Shown: piece after piece, positions 17,683 to 28,370 of the stretch
Position numbering within the stretch: the stretch's first letter is position 1
Layout of the letters: each line of letters begins with the position of its first letter
IMG/VR virus record: IMGVR_UViG_3300028802_000186
Span: 1-56,476 of that record
Reading direction: 5' to 3' (one strand)
DNA: 56,476 nucleotides
From: a virus
Lineage: Duplodnaviria > Caudoviricetes
The notes under the pieces: generated by a model
The model's input: the letters and a program-made list of their open reading frames with translations, nothing else
Databases searched by the model: none
Told to the model about the DNA's origin: nothing
Position numbers and translations under genes: made by a program

Positions 17683-19673
17683 TGTCCTTCCCTGCTGGCC
17701 TGACCCTGGTCACCGTGCACTGCCGCCTCGACCTGCCGCCGAGCGGCGGATCGTCCGGCACCATCACCTTCACCAGCCAGGGCCCCCTGGTCGGCGCGGT
17801 GGACAACAGCATCGTCCCGCCGTTCGACATTGACGGGACTCTGGTCAACGGGCAGTGCACGGTGCAGCTCCCGGCGACCAACGACCCCGACTGGACGCCC
17901 GTGGGTTGGTCGTATCTGGTGCAGGTGGTCATCGCCAACGGCGTCAACTGGGTCACCGGCACCGCGCAGTTTGACTATCAGGTCACCTCGGTTGAGTTGG
18001 CCGACGTGTTTCAGCCCAACGGTGCCGCGCTACCTGGGGTGTCGTATGTTCCGTCGTCCCTGCTGTCGGTGGTCACTCCCTCGGGGGATGTCACCGGCGT
18101 CGCGGATACGGCGGCGATTCAGGGGGCCGAGAACGGCGGCCGGTCGATGATCAGCCTCGCGCCGGGCATCTTCTACGTGACGGGTCTGACCAAGAACGCG
18201 AACACTGTCTGGCAGGGGTCCGGTCGTCTCGGGACCACGATCAAGCTGGCCGACAACGTCAACGCCGCCGCCGTGATCACGACGGCGGGCTTCAACTCGC
18301 TCACCGGCACCGGCGTCGAGGGCGGCCCTGGCGGCTGGGGGATCCGGGATCTGACGGTCGACGGCAACAAGGCGAATCAGACGGTCAAGCCGGACGGTAT
18401 CCGCCTGTACGGGTACAACTTCGACATCACCGATGTCAGCTTCACCAACGTCGCCAAGGGCATGTATACGGAGTGGCGCGACTTCGGCGGGTCGGGCATT
18501 CCGGGCAAGACGATGGAGTCCCGCTACCTCGGCGTCAAGATCAACGCCTTCGACACCTACGGCTGGCAGAACAGGGGCCCGCACGACTCCCGCGCCTTCG
18601 ACCTGACCATTTTCGGCCCCGATCTGGCCACCGCCTACGGCTACTGGGGGCAGGAGTCGACCGGGCTCTACTCGTCGGCGGGCACCCAGATCATCGGCGG
18701 CCACGTGTGGGGCTCCCCGTTGTGGGATTGGGTGCTCGACAGCCAGACCCACCTGTTCGAATGCATCAGCGAGGTTTCCGCCCCCGGCGGCGGTCAGGTC
18801 CTCATCCGGGCGAACCTGTGCCAGGTCAACGGCGGCGTCCTGGTCATCTACCAGGGCTTCACGGCGGACGGCTGCGGCATTCAGCTGGGCGACCTCACGC
18901 ACCCCGTGAGTGGGGTGCGGGTCGACACGACCATGCTCGGCTTCACCGGGGTGGACGCGGCGCACGCGGCGATCAACGTCGTCAACGACGCGGGCTCCAA
19001 CGCCATCGACGCCACGGTCTACCAGCCCACCGGCACCGCCCTGTGGGGCACCCCGAACACGGGCTTCTCCCGCTACAGGATTGCCGGGGCGGGCGCGGCG
19101 ACGCGGGGCGCCAACGCCGCGATCAGCCTGCAACTGCTGCTCGGGCGCCACGTGTTCGACATCCCGGCCGGTGTCGGGCAGGCGTTCCTACTGACGAGCA
19201 ACGGCAGCGACGTCGTCAACGTCAACACCGCCAGCAACCGCCTGGAGATCATCGGGGGGATGCTGGCCCGGATGTACTCCGACCCGTTCTACTCGACCCC
19301 GGCGATCGAACTGGACTCCACCAAGGGGCACATCAACATCCCGGCGCCGACCACCGCCCCCGGGGTGACGCTCGGACCGGCGATCGGCACCAGCGGCAAC
19401 GGTGCTTCCGTCACCGTGTCCGGCAACGACATGCGCGGCACCGTGTCCATCACCACCGCCTCCACCGGCGTGGGTACCGGCACCGCCGTGACGTTGACGT
19501 TCGCCAGTTCGTGGGGCGTGACCCCCGCCGTCTCGCTGACGCCGGTCAGCGCGATCGCGGCGGCCCGGCAGGCGTACGCGCAGGCGATCTCGCCGACGCA
19601 GGCCCTGATCGGTTTCGGGGTGGCCCCGGCGATCAGCACGACCTACGTGTTCGCCTACCAGGTGCTTGGCTGA
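17682..19673 (+). CDS. Tail spike / beta-helix (pectate-lyase-like) virion protein
   Basis: N-terminal GQCTVQLPATND head domain; GVADTAAIQ...LAPGIFYV...IRDLTVDGNK beta-helix start; 663 aa. Confidence 0.7.
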   Translation: MSFPAGLTLVTVHCRLDLPPSGGSSGTITFTSQGPLVGAVDNSIVPPFDIDGTLVNGQCTVQLPATNDPDWTPVGWSYLVQVVIANGVNWVTGTAQFDYQVTSVELADVFQPNGAALPGVSYVPSSLLSVVTPSGDVTGVADTAAIQGAENGGRSMISLAPGIFYVTGLTKNANTVWQGSGRLGTTIKLADNVNAAAVITTAGFNSLTGTGVEGGPGGWGIRDLTVDGNKANQTVKPDGIRLYGYNFDITDVSFTNVAKGMYTEWRDFGGSGIPGKTMESRYLGVKINAFDTYGWQNRGPHDSRAFDLTIFGPDLATAYGYWGQESTGLYSSAGTQIIGGHVWGSPLWDWVLDSQTHLFECISEVSAPGGGQVLIRANLCQVNGGVLVIYQGFTADGCGIQLGDLTHPVSGVRVDTTMLGFTGVDAAHAAINVVNDAGSNAIDATVYQPTGTALWGTPNTGFSRYRIAGAGAATRGANAAISLQLLLGRHVFDIPAGVGQAFLLTSNGSDVVNVNTASNRLEIIGGMLARMYSDPFYSTPAIELDSTKGHINIPAPTTAPGVTLGPAIGTSGNGASVTVSGNDMRGTVSITTASTGVGTGTAVTLTFASSWGVTPAVSLTPVSAIAAARQAYAQAISPTQALIGFGVAPAISTTYVFAYQVLG

Positions 19674-19683
19674 GGGGGAGTCG

Positions 19684-19986
19684 ATGAGCGGGTTGCGCGT
19701 GAAGCGGGTCATCTGGACTGTCGTGTTCCTCGGGATCACCCTGGCGGCGATCGTCATGGAGGTCGTGGCGGGGCTGTGGCATCCGACCGGCTGGACGATC
19801 CCGTGGACGGAGTACATCGCCACCTACGTGCCGTGGCCGGTGCAGCTGGCCGCCTACGTGGTGCTGGCCGTGTGGCTGCCGTTCCACTTCTGGCGCCACG
19901 ATCACATGCGCAAAGCCGCATACGAGCAGGGCTATCGCGAAGCGGTCGACAACGCCAACGCCATGCGCCGGTTCGATGGCGGCTGA
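19684..19986 (+). CDS. Membrane protein
   Basis: Two hydrophobic segments; PWTEYI...WLPFHF. Confidence 0.65.
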   Translation: MSGLRVKRVIWTVVFLGITLAAIVMEVVAGLWHPTGWTIPWTEYIATYVPWPVQLAAYVVLAVWLPFHFWRHDHMRKAAYEQGYREAVDNANAMRRFDGG

Positions 19987-20545
19987 CGCCCTCGCCGCGC
20001 TGCGAATCTGGGCGCTTGAGGTAGAGCTGGCGGGGGAGACCTTCGTGGTGCCCGCCCGTCCGGCGGCCGACTGGTTCCTCGCCATCCTCGACGAGGATGT
20101 GCCGCTGCCACTGATCCCCGGGATGATGGGCGACGGCGCGGAGGACCGCATCACTGACCTGCTGCTGGACGAGAAGGTGACGCCCGAGCTGATCGCCACA
20201 CGCTCGCGGGAGCTGCTCACGGCGGCGGCGGGACGGCCCTGGTGGGAGGCGGACCGGCTGATCCGCTCGTCCGGCGCGTCCTGGCACATCATCGGCGGCG
20301 AACTGACCCGGCTCGGGGTGGACCTGAACGCGGTAAGCCTGGCGGCGGCCCTGAATGCGATCTACGTGGTGTGCGTGCGGACGATGGACGAGAAGGAACG
20401 CAACCGCTTCGACATCGACCTGCGGCTGCCCCCGATCGGTGTGGAGGGCGTGAAGGCGGAGGAGATGTACGACCAGCGGGCGGCCGAGTCGGCGTTCGCG
20501 GCCCTGATGGGCCAGGCCCAGCCGCCTGCACCCGTAGGATCCTGA
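19976..20545 (+). CDS. Tail assembly chaperone (T-like)
   Basis: AAGRPWWEADRL...GVDLNAVSLAAALN; immediately before tape measure. Confidence 0.7.
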   Translation: MAADALAALRIWALEVELAGETFVVPARPAADWFLAILDEDVPLPLIPGMMGDGAEDRITDLLLDEKVTPELIATRSRELLTAAAGRPWWEADRLIRSSGASWHIIGGELTRLGVDLNAVSLAAALNAIYVVCVRTMDEKERNRFDIDLRLPPIGVEGVKAEEMYDQRAAESAFAALMGQAQPPAPVGS

Positions 20546-20548
20546 GTC

Positions 20549-22951
20549 ATGGCTGGTGTGCTGGGTCGGGCGTTCGTGCAGGTGTTCGCCGACCTGTCGA
20601 AGTTCACGCCTGGCCTGCGTCAGGAGATCAAGAAGGCGCTCGACGAGCAGACCAAGGGCCTGAAGTTCGAGGAGCTGGACAAGTCGGCGACCAAGGCGGG
20701 CGAGTCGGCGGCCGACGAGCTGGGCAAGGGCGTCGACAACAAGATCGACAAGAACATGGACAAGGAGGGCCGCAAGGGCGGGTCCTCCTTGTGGAAGGGC
20801 CTCTCCGCCGGGCTCAAGGCCGGTGCCGCCCTCTTCCTGCCCGCGCTGATCGCCGTCGCCGTTGAGCTGGTCGCCGCCCTCGCACCGGCCGCCACCGCCC
20901 TCGCCGCGACGCTGCCCGCCGCGATCGCCACCGCCATCACTGCCGGGGTGGCGCTGAAGCTGGCGTTCGACGGGGTGGGCGGGGCGCTGAAGAACGCGTT
21001 CGATCCAGCCAAGGCGGCGCAGTTCGACGAGGCCATGAAGAAGCTCACGCCGTCGGCGCGCGCCTTCGTCATGGAGATCAAAAACTTGCACCCGGCGTTC
21101 AAGCAGTTGCAGCAGGACGTGCAAGAGGTCTTCTTCGCCCAGCTGTCCGGGACGCTGACCCGGGTGTCCAAGACGCTGCTGCCGACGCTGCACACCGGGC
21201 TGACTCAGATCTCCAAGGATCTCGGCAAGGTGGGCAACAGCTTCCTCAGCGCGTTCGGTAGCCGCAAGCAGGACATCGCGTCGATCTTCACCTCCGCACA
21301 CGAGGCCATCAAGCCGTTCATCCCGGCTCTCGGCGCCGTGGCGGGCGCGTTCGTCACCCTGGCGGCCGTGGGCGGCCCGCTGTTCGCCAGCCTCTCCGGC
21401 GGCCTCGCGAACATGCTGATGACCTTCTCGCAGTTCATCGACAAGGCGGCGGCCTCGGGGGCGCTGGCGCAGTTCTTCAATGACGCCCTGGTGATCCTGA
21501 AGCAGCTGGGCGGCTTTCTCGGCAGCGTTTTTGATCTTGTCACCGCGATCATCTCCGCCCTCCAGGCGGACGGCGCCCAAGCCCTCGGCTTCCTGACCAC
21601 GCTAGTCGGCCAGCTGGCCGCGTTCTTCGCCACCGCCCAAGGCAAGGAAGCCCTCAGCGAGCTGTTCCGGCTGCTGAATACCGCGCTGTCCACCATGGCG
21701 CAGGTGCTGACGCCGCTGCTCCCGGTGGTCGGCCAGCTCGCGGGGACGTTCGCGGGGACGTTCGCCGACGCCCTGGTCACGATCACGCCGTTCCTGGTGT
21801 CCATCGCCGACCTGCTCGCCAAGCATCCTGATCTGCTCGCTGCTGCGGTTACCGCGTGGATGGCGTACCGGGTGGCCCTGCTCGCCGTCGCCGTCGCAGA
21901 GGGGATCGTGGACGCCCTCAACCCGGTCGGCTGGATCATCCTGGCCATCGCCGCGATCGCCGCCGGGGCGTACCTGATCTACAAGAACTGGGGTGCGGTC
22001 ACCAGCGCGCTGACCTCCGCCTGGGGTGCCATCAAGGGCTTCTTCTCGGGCATCTGGCAGTGGATCATGTCGGTGGGCAAGGACATCGGCAACTGGTTCA
22101 CGGTCACCCTGCCCGGCTTCTTCGCCAGCATCCCCGGCCGGATCTGGGCGGTCCTGAGCGCGCTCCCCGCCCTGCTCGGGCAACTCTTCCTCAACGCCCT
22201 CAACGCCGCCGGGTTCGCCATCGGCGTCGGCATCGGCCTGATCCTCGCGTTCTTCATCAAGACGCCCGGCCTGATCTGGGAGGCCATCAAGGGGATCGGA
22301 CACCTGTTCGTCGACCTGTGGAACCTGGCCTTCTCCTTGGGTAGGGCCGCCCTCGACGCGGGCGTGGCCGCCGTGATCTTCGTCTTCACCGAGCTGCCCG
22401 GCAAGATCGCCGGGTTCGTGGCCAAGCTGCCCGGCATCATCGGCGGTGCGTTCAAGAATGCATGGGACTGGGCGAGGCGCGAGGTGCGCGATGGCGCCGA
22501 CGCGGTGGTGACCTTCGTCAAGAACCTGCCCGGCCGCATCTCCGGCTTCATGCGCAACGTGGGGCATGACATCCTGTCCGGGCTCCGGTCCGGGATCAAC
22601 TCCGTGATCGGCAGCTTCAACTCCGGCATCAACCGGGTCGGAAGCCTGATCCATATCGGGCTTCCGAACATTCCTCTGCTGGCGTCCGGCGGCATGGTCA
22701 ACGCGCCCACCCTCGCGGTCGTCGGCGAGGCCGGGCCGGAGGCCGTGGTCCCGATGAGCGACCCGTCCCGGGCGGCGGCCGTCGCCAAGAGCACGGGCCT
22801 GCTCGACATGCTCGGCAGCAAGCTGGGCAGCGCAGGCACCACGCTGGTCAAGGTCTACCTCGGCACCCGGGAGATCACCGATATTCTCGACACGCAGATC
22901 GACAAGAAGATGAACGATCAGGCCAACGAGCTGGCGTACGGGACGAGGTGA
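20549..22951 (+). CDS. Tape measure protein
   Basis: 800 aa Ala/Leu-rich; LGRAFVQV N-terminus, W/F periodic repeats, IPLLASGG...VGEAGPEAVVP. Confidence 0.92.
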   Translation: MAGVLGRAFVQVFADLSKFTPGLRQEIKKALDEQTKGLKFEELDKSATKAGESAADELGKGVDNKIDKNMDKEGRKGGSSLWKGLSAGLKAGAALFLPALIAVAVELVAALAPAATALAATLPAAIATAITAGVALKLAFDGVGGALKNAFDPAKAAQFDEAMKKLTPSARAFVMEIKNLHPAFKQLQQDVQEVFFAQLSGTLTRVSKTLLPTLHTGLTQISKDLGKVGNSFLSAFGSRKQDIASIFTSAHEAIKPFIPALGAVAGAFVTLAAVGGPLFASLSGGLANMLMTFSQFIDKAAASGALAQFFNDALVILKQLGGFLGSVFDLVTAIISALQADGAQALGFLTTLVGQLAAFFATAQGKEALSELFRLLNTALSTMAQVLTPLLPVVGQLAGTFAGTFADALVTITPFLVSIADLLAKHPDLLAAAVTAWMAYRVALLAVAVAEGIVDALNPVGWIILAIAAIAAGAYLIYKNWGAVTSALTSAWGAIKGFFSGIWQWIMSVGKDIGNWFTVTLPGFFASIPGRIWAVLSALPALLGQLFLNALNAAGFAIGVGIGLILAFFIKTPGLIWEAIKGIGHLFVDLWNLAFSLGRAALDAGVAAVIFVFTELPGKIAGFVAKLPGIIGGAFKNAWDWARREVRDGADAVVTFVKNLPGRISGFMRNVGHDILSGLRSGINSVIGSFNSGINRVGSLIHIGLPNIPLLASGGMVNAPTLAVVGEAGPEAVVPMSDPSRAAAVAKSTGLLDMLGSKLGSAGTTLVKVYLGTREITDILDTQIDKKMNDQANELAYGTR

Positions 22952-22955
22952 GCTG

Positions 22956-24248
22956 ATGTCCACGATCACCGCCACCGCCGACAGCGCGAAGTCCCAGATC
23001 AGACTTGACGTCGATTTCAGTGACATCGATGCCCCCTACGTGCTGGTGAACCGGGTCGACCCGGCAACCGGCGCCACCACTGCGGTGCGCGGCCACGGCT
23101 CTTCGACGACCATCGCAGGCGTTGCGTACGCACCCATGCAGGCCGGGTACAAGGCGGTCCTGTATGACACGGAGGCGCCGCTGGACAGTGCGGTCTACTA
23201 CACGGCTGCGGCCCCCCTGGTGACCCTGAACGCCAACCCGACGTTCGCCGGTGGCTACGTCGACCCGTGGTACCCCACCGACGCGGCCGTCACCATCCGG
23301 CCCACCTCCTCGCGGTCCGGCGCCGACTTCCTGTCGTTCTTCACGGCGGGGGCGACGGCGACCCCGACGATCCGGGCGGAGGACATCGCGGCCACGCCGG
23401 GCGCCTCGTTCACGGTGACGGCCACCATGTCCGCCAATGTGTCGCAGGGCGTCTCCGTGGGGATCAGCTTCCGGGATGCCGCCGGGGCCATCCTGTCGAG
23501 TACCAGCACTTCCGCCACCGTGCTGGCCGCAACCGTCGTGACGGCCACTGCGGTCGCCCCCGCCAATACGGTGTCCGTGCAGGCGTTCATGACGATGTCC
23601 GGCACCCCGGCCGCGACGACCATCGTCAGCGTCAGCTCGATCACCGTGGTCTCTGCCGCCGGTTCGGCGACCTCGGGCGGCGCACTGCTGCCGTCGCTGG
23701 GGGCCAGCCAGCTGAAGGATCCGCTGCGTCCCGGCAACAATGTTCGGGTCGATTTCGCGTTCGACCCGAACCCGCTGTGCATCCCGGCGGAGGGTGTCTT
23801 CTGGCAGAGCCTGGACGTCGAGCAGCAGGCGGCCAACGCGGCGACGTTCAACGTCAACAACCAGCCGAACCCGGTCGTCGTCTCCAAGGTGCGCAGCTCA
23901 CCCACGTCCACCCTGACTCTGGTGTCACGCACCTTCCCCGACCGGGACCGGCTGATCACGCTGCTGGCGCCCGGCTCACCGCTGCTTTTCCAGGCGCCCG
24001 ACGAGTACGGCCTGCCCGACCGGTACCTGTCCGTCGCCGCCGACTCGATCGCCCGGGTGCTGCCCGACCACAGGTTCCCCATCCGCGTCTTCTCGCTGCC
24101 CCACGCGGTCGTGAGCTCACCCGGCGGCCCCATGCAGGGCACCGTGGGCGCCCGCTGGCAGGACACCTGCAACCGGTATGCGACCTGGGCGCTGGTCACC
24201 GCCGCCGGGCTGACCTGGACACAGGTCCTGCAAGGGCTGGCTGGCTGA
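22956..24248 (+). CDS. Minor tail protein (distal-tail-like with inserted beta-sandwich)
   Basis: Follows tape measure; YDTEAPLD...LKDPLRP motifs. Confidence 0.75.
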   Translation: MSTITATADSAKSQIRLDVDFSDIDAPYVLVNRVDPATGATTAVRGHGSSTTIAGVAYAPMQAGYKAVLYDTEAPLDSAVYYTAAAPLVTLNANPTFAGGYVDPWYPTDAAVTIRPTSSRSGADFLSFFTAGATATPTIRAEDIAATPGASFTVTATMSANVSQGVSVGISFRDAAGAILSSTSTSATVLAATVVTATAVAPANTVSVQAFMTMSGTPAATTIVSVSSITVVSAAGSATSGGALLPSLGASQLKDPLRPGNNVRVDFAFDPNPLCIPAEGVFWQSLDVEQQAANAATFNVNNQPNPVVVSKVRSSPTSTLTLVSRTFPDRDRLITLLAPGSPLLFQAPDEYGLPDRYLSVAADSIARVLPDHRFPIRVFSLPHAVVSSPGGPMQGTVGARWQDTCNRYATWALVTAAGLTWTQVLQGLAG

Positions 24249-25390
24249 TGGTGTGGGCCGGGGGTCTCGACGCGCAGTACCGGGACGCGCTGACGCGCCC
24301 GCACACGGTCTTCAACCAGATCGACGTGCTCGACCGGCAGGGCGACGTTCTGCTGTCCAATCTGCCGATCATCGACGGCAGCGTGCGCGCCACCCTGAAC
24401 AGCCGGGTGGCGCGCGTTCTGAGCCTGTCGGTAGACCGGTCCTGGTTCCCGCTGCTCCCGAACGGCAGCGTCGACACGGGCGGGCTGCTGACCCCGTTCG
24501 GGAACCGGCTGCGCGCCTCCCGTGGCATCGTCTACGGGGATGGCTCGCTCGCGGAGTTCCCGGTGTTCTACGGGCGCATTGAGCAGGTCCAGATGGGCCG
24601 CAACGGATCGGTCAGCGTGTCCGCTAATGATCTCGCCGCCGACGTTGTGGACGCGCAATTCGAGAGCCCGCAGTCCTCGGTGACGACGAATACGATCACC
24701 ACCGAGTTCCGGCGCCTCGTGCAGGGAGCGCTCTCCGACGCCACGTTCGGCACCTCTGACCTGACCGGCGTGCTCATCCCGCCTCTGGCCTGGCAGTCCG
24801 ACCGGGCGCAGGCCCTCGACGACATGAGCGCCACCGTCGCCATGCTGTGGTACCCGCTCGCCGACGGGTCGTTCGTGCAGCGCCTCGTGCCGTGGACCAA
24901 CCCGGGCCAGGTCGCCCAGGTCACCCTGGCCGACGGCACCAACGCGGCACCAGGGGTGAGCAACACCGTCGCCGACTGGCAGATCAGCGTGTCCCGCACC
25001 GGCGTCTACAACAGCGTGGTGTTCGCCTCGGAACGGCAGGACGGTACGGCCCCGGTCTACGCCATCGTCCGCGACGTGATCGAGGGCTCCCCCACCAACT
25101 ACCTGGGCAACTTCGGCAAGAAGCCGCTCTTGATCCAAAACCAGGCGGCGTTGACGCAGTCGCAGTGCCTCGCCGCCGCGCAGTCCGCCCTGAAGGCCGC
25201 GACCGCCATCACCCAGGTCTGGGACCCGGTGTCGATCGTGCCCGACGCCTCCCTCGAACTGGGCGATCTGATCGCCATGCGCGCCGAGGACGCCGCGAGC
25301 GTGCAGGTGGTCGTCGGTTTCACCCTGCCCCTGCGGGAGACTGGCGACATGAGTCTGAGCCTGCGCGCGTATGCACCGGTGGCGTCGTGA
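24248..25390 (+). CDS. Minor tail protein (baseplate hub-like)
   Basis: LPIIDGSVRA...LTPFGNRL...SRTGVYNSVV. Confidence 0.78.
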   Translation: MVWAGGLDAQYRDALTRPHTVFNQIDVLDRQGDVLLSNLPIIDGSVRATLNSRVARVLSLSVDRSWFPLLPNGSVDTGGLLTPFGNRLRASRGIVYGDGSLAEFPVFYGRIEQVQMGRNGSVSVSANDLAADVVDAQFESPQSSVTTNTITTEFRRLVQGALSDATFGTSDLTGVLIPPLAWQSDRAQALDDMSATVAMLWYPLADGSFVQRLVPWTNPGQVAQVTLADGTNAAPGVSNTVADWQISVSRTGVYNSVVFASERQDGTAPVYAIVRDVIEGSPTNYLGNFGKKPLLIQNQAALTQSQCLAAAQSALKAATAITQVWDPVSIVPDASLELGDLIAMRAEDAASVQVVVGFTLPLRETGDMSLSLRAYAPVAS

Positions 25391-25860
25391 GCACCAGGCT
25401 GGCGCACCAGACGCAGAAGGCCGCCGGGATCGGCAACGGCATGCGCACCGCCACCATCGCGGAGGTCTCCCCGCTCACCCTGTCCGTGAGCGGCGGCACG
25501 ATCTCCTCCGGCGTCGGCGTGCTCGGCTCGTACATCCCGAACGTCGGGGACGTCGTCGCGGTCTTCCGGCAGGACTCCTCGTGGCTGATCCTGGGTCTCA
25601 CCCAGGCCGGGCCGAGCGCTGCCGTCGGCGTCGTGACCATCACTCCCGTGGCCAACACCCCCACGTCGCTCGCCGTGGTCTTCCCCGTCGCCCTGGTGGG
25701 CGACAACTTCGCCTGCCAGGTAACCGCCAACACGACCGTGCCCGGCTCGGCCGTGCTGGAGGTTTCGTACACCGGCCTCTCCGCCGCCGGTGTGACGTTG
25801 TGGATCTACCGCACGGGCACCACCCCCACCCAGCTCTCCTACAGGGTAGAGGCGTACTGA
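25387..25860 (+). CDS. Minor tail protein
   Basis: LGSYIPNVGDVVAV...WLILG OB-like motif; GTGA overlap. Confidence 0.7.
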   Translation: MSTRLAHQTQKAAGIGNGMRTATIAEVSPLTLSVSGGTISSGVGVLGSYIPNVGDVVAVFRQDSSWLILGLTQAGPSAAVGVVTITPVANTPTSLAVVFPVALVGDNFACQVTANTTVPGSAVLEVSYTGLSAAGVTLWIYRTGTTPTQLSYRVEAY

Positions 25861-27093
25861 ATGGCCACCACCGGGTACAGCGACACGTTCAACCGGACCG
25901 TGGCCAACGGGCTCGGCACGGCCACCTCCGGCCAGGTCTACACGCTGTCCGGCGTCGCGACGCAGTTCAGCGTGGCACCCAGCCAGGCCAGCATCGCGAT
26001 CGCCACCAGCGGGGAAAAGATCGGCTACATCGACTTCCAGACGCAGGACGTCGACATCACCGGGCAGGTGGCGTTCACCGCGATACCGGCCACCAACCTG
26101 GCCACCGCCGGTTTCGCCGCGAAGCTGTCCAGTCCGAGCAACTACTTCGTCGGCTCGATGATGGTCGCCGCCGGAGGTGCGATCTCGCTGCGCTTCTCCA
26201 AGCTCGTCGCGGGCAGCCTGGTGACCATCTCGACAACCGCGACCGGGCTGACCTACGTCGCGAACACCTTCTACAACCTGCGGTATTCGATCTTCTGGAG
26301 CCGCACGCTGCAGACCAACGTGATGCAGCTGAAGCTGTGGGTGGTGGGCGGCACCCCGCCGGGCGGCTGGATGGCGACCGCCACCGATCCGAGCTTCACC
26401 GACTACACCGCAGGCCGGTCGGTGGGCATCCACGCCCGTGACGAGTCGACGGTGGCGGGCACGATCACCACCCGGTACCGCAGCGTCCTGGCCAGCTCGT
26501 ACAACCTGCCGATGCCCGCCACGACGGACCCGATGTGCTACGACCCGGCCATCACCTACCCGAAGCAGACCGCCCTGGAGTCGCTGGCCGACGCCGCTGA
26601 CGCCGCCATGGCCACGATCGACCCGCTGACCTCGCTCGCCGGGCTGTTCCCGCGCGTGCGGGTCAGCAACAGCAACGTGCCCATCGACACGGCCACGTTC
26701 GGCGGCACCCTCGTCTTCAACGCCACCGAATTCAACGTCGGCACGGACACCAACCTCGGATATGACAACACATCGCTGTATCTGCCGGTCGGCATCTGGT
26801 TGGTAACCTTCGAAATCCGACTCACGGAGGCCGCGAGCAATTACCTGTCCCTGTTCGCATTCGGCACCGGCCCTGCCATCGGGGAACCGGCGGTGAACTT
26901 CCGCTCCAACGCGGTGCAGACAAACGATCTGGGTGTCGGAGGCTGCGGGCACATGTCCATGCTCACCTACTCCACGGACCCGACGACGCCCATCCAGTAC
27001 GGCATGACGATGTTCCCGAACAATCTCGCGACGACGTACGTCATCCAATACATGGCCCTGTCCGCCATCAAGGTCTCGGACTATTTCGCATGA
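25861..27093 (+). CDS. Minor tail protein
   Basis: DTFNRTVANGLG...; beta-rich; tail operon. Confidence 0.7.
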   Translation: MATTGYSDTFNRTVANGLGTATSGQVYTLSGVATQFSVAPSQASIAIATSGEKIGYIDFQTQDVDITGQVAFTAIPATNLATAGFAAKLSSPSNYFVGSMMVAAGGAISLRFSKLVAGSLVTISTTATGLTYVANTFYNLRYSIFWSRTLQTNVMQLKLWVVGGTPPGGWMATATDPSFTDYTAGRSVGIHARDESTVAGTITTRYRSVLASSYNLPMPATTDPMCYDPAITYPKQTALESLADAADAAMATIDPLTSLAGLFPRVRVSNSNVPIDTATFGGTLVFNATEFNVGTDTNLGYDNTSLYLPVGIWLVTFEIRLTEAASNYLSLFAFGTGPAIGEPAVNFRSNAVQTNDLGVGGCGHMSMLTYSTDPTTPIQYGMTMFPNNLATTYVIQYMALSAIKVSDYFA

Positions 27094-27686
27094 GCGCAAC
27101 CACACCGGTCGAGGGCTACCCGTACCCCCTCACGACCGACTTCGCGGACGTCCAGGATTCCTTCCGCCTGGCCATGGCGATCGACGAGGACCTGCGCGCC
27201 GAGCAGGCGCCGTTCAGGGCGTTCATCGGCCGCCCGTCGTTCATCGCCCGGCAGACGGTCACCGGCAGCGGCTTCATCGCGGGCTCCCAGAACTTCTCGG
27301 TCGGCGCCATCGAATGGGACAACACGGGCGGTCTCACAGTGGGACAGTCGTCGTGGTTGCAGCCGAACAATCAGCAGCCCTCGTGGTGGCTTTTCGGGGC
27401 GATGATCCTGGTCAACATCGTTTCTGGCACCCCGGTTGTCGGCGACATGAACATGGGTCGCATCGCCGTGAATTCCACCGATCAGGTGACGAGCCTTGTG
27501 TCCACGACGAGTTTCTTTCAGCGCAACGACGACACCAACACCGGCGGCGAGTGGATCAACGTGTTCGGGATGGCGCCCGTTTTCCAGGGCTCGGCCTTCT
27601 GCCAACTCAACCTCAACGGAAGCACTCAGAAAGCGATTCAGCTGGGGTCGCGTTTCTGGGGCATGTACCTGGGGCCGGTGAACTGA
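27090..27686 (+). CDS. Minor tail protein
   Basis: TTPVEGYPYP...RLAMAID tail-fibre attachment-like N-terminus. Confidence 0.68.
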   Translation: MSATTPVEGYPYPLTTDFADVQDSFRLAMAIDEDLRAEQAPFRAFIGRPSFIARQTVTGSGFIAGSQNFSVGAIEWDNTGGLTVGQSSWLQPNNQQPSWWLFGAMILVNIVSGTPVVGDMNMGRIAVNSTDQVTSLVSTTSFFQRNDDTNTGGEWINVFGMAPVFQGSAFCQLNLNGSTQKAIQLGSRFWGMYLGPVN

Positions 27687-27687
27687 T

Positions 27688-28314
27688 ATGGCGATGCGCA
27701 AGACGCCGAACCTGCGGCTGCGTTACCCGTGGACCGATGACGTCGTCAACGCCGCCGACGTGCAGTCCATGGCGGCGGATATCGATCAGGGGCTGGTTTC
27801 GACCGCGACGCTGGGCACGAATTTCTCGAAGTTCGCTTCGGTCGCCGTGTCTCGTAATGCAGTACAGAGCATTACGAAGGGCAGCCTGACCGCGATTTCT
27901 TTCGACACAGTCGTGCTGAACAACGGGGCAAACAGCCCGCTGTCCAACGGCGCCTGGTTTAGCGCTGGTGCCCCGACCCGCCTGACCGCGCCCGTCCCGT
28001 GCGTCGTTCTGGCGGCGGGGTTCGGCGGCATCAACATCGGCTCGGCGCTGGGCACGAGCGGCGTCGTTCAGGCCACGGTCGCCATCAACGGTGCGACAGG
28101 CGGCACCGGCGTGCAGGGCGAGAAGTGGGCTCCGGTCAGCACGGTCACCGGCCAGCAGTGGGCGTCAGTGCTTTCGATGTGGAAGCTCGTGGCGGGCGAT
28201 TTCCTGGAGCTGAAGATGTTCTGGACGGGCACGCCCGCCGGGCCGTTCAACACGGACAACGTGATCCCGCCGTCGCTGAGCTTGATGATGGTCGCACTGC
28301 CCACCGTTTCCTGA
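27688..28314 (+). CDS. Minor tail protein
   Basis: TPNLRLRYP...MAADID N-terminus; C1q-like C-terminus (ISFD...LVAGDFLEL). Confidence 0.68.
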   Translation: MAMRKTPNLRLRYPWTDDVVNAADVQSMAADIDQGLVSTATLGTNFSKFASVAVSRNAVQSITKGSLTAISFDTVVLNNGANSPLSNGAWFSAGAPTRLTAPVPCVVLAAGFGGINIGSALGTSGVVQATVAINGATGGTGVQGEKWAPVSTVTGQQWASVLSMWKLVAGDFLELKMFWTGTPAGPFNTDNVIPPSLSLMMVALPTVS

Positions 28315-28370
28315 TTCGTCAGACCTTTATGAAAGGATTGGTCTAAGCAGGTACGGGAGAACGGGGCGAG

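Noticed and set aside
19754-27105. Long antisense and alternate-frame ORFs (e.g. 19754-21580, 23255-25138, 25099-27105; also 50057-51958)
   Set aside because: Shadow ORFs expected in high-GC DNA opposite clear structural genes; no motifs or RBS.
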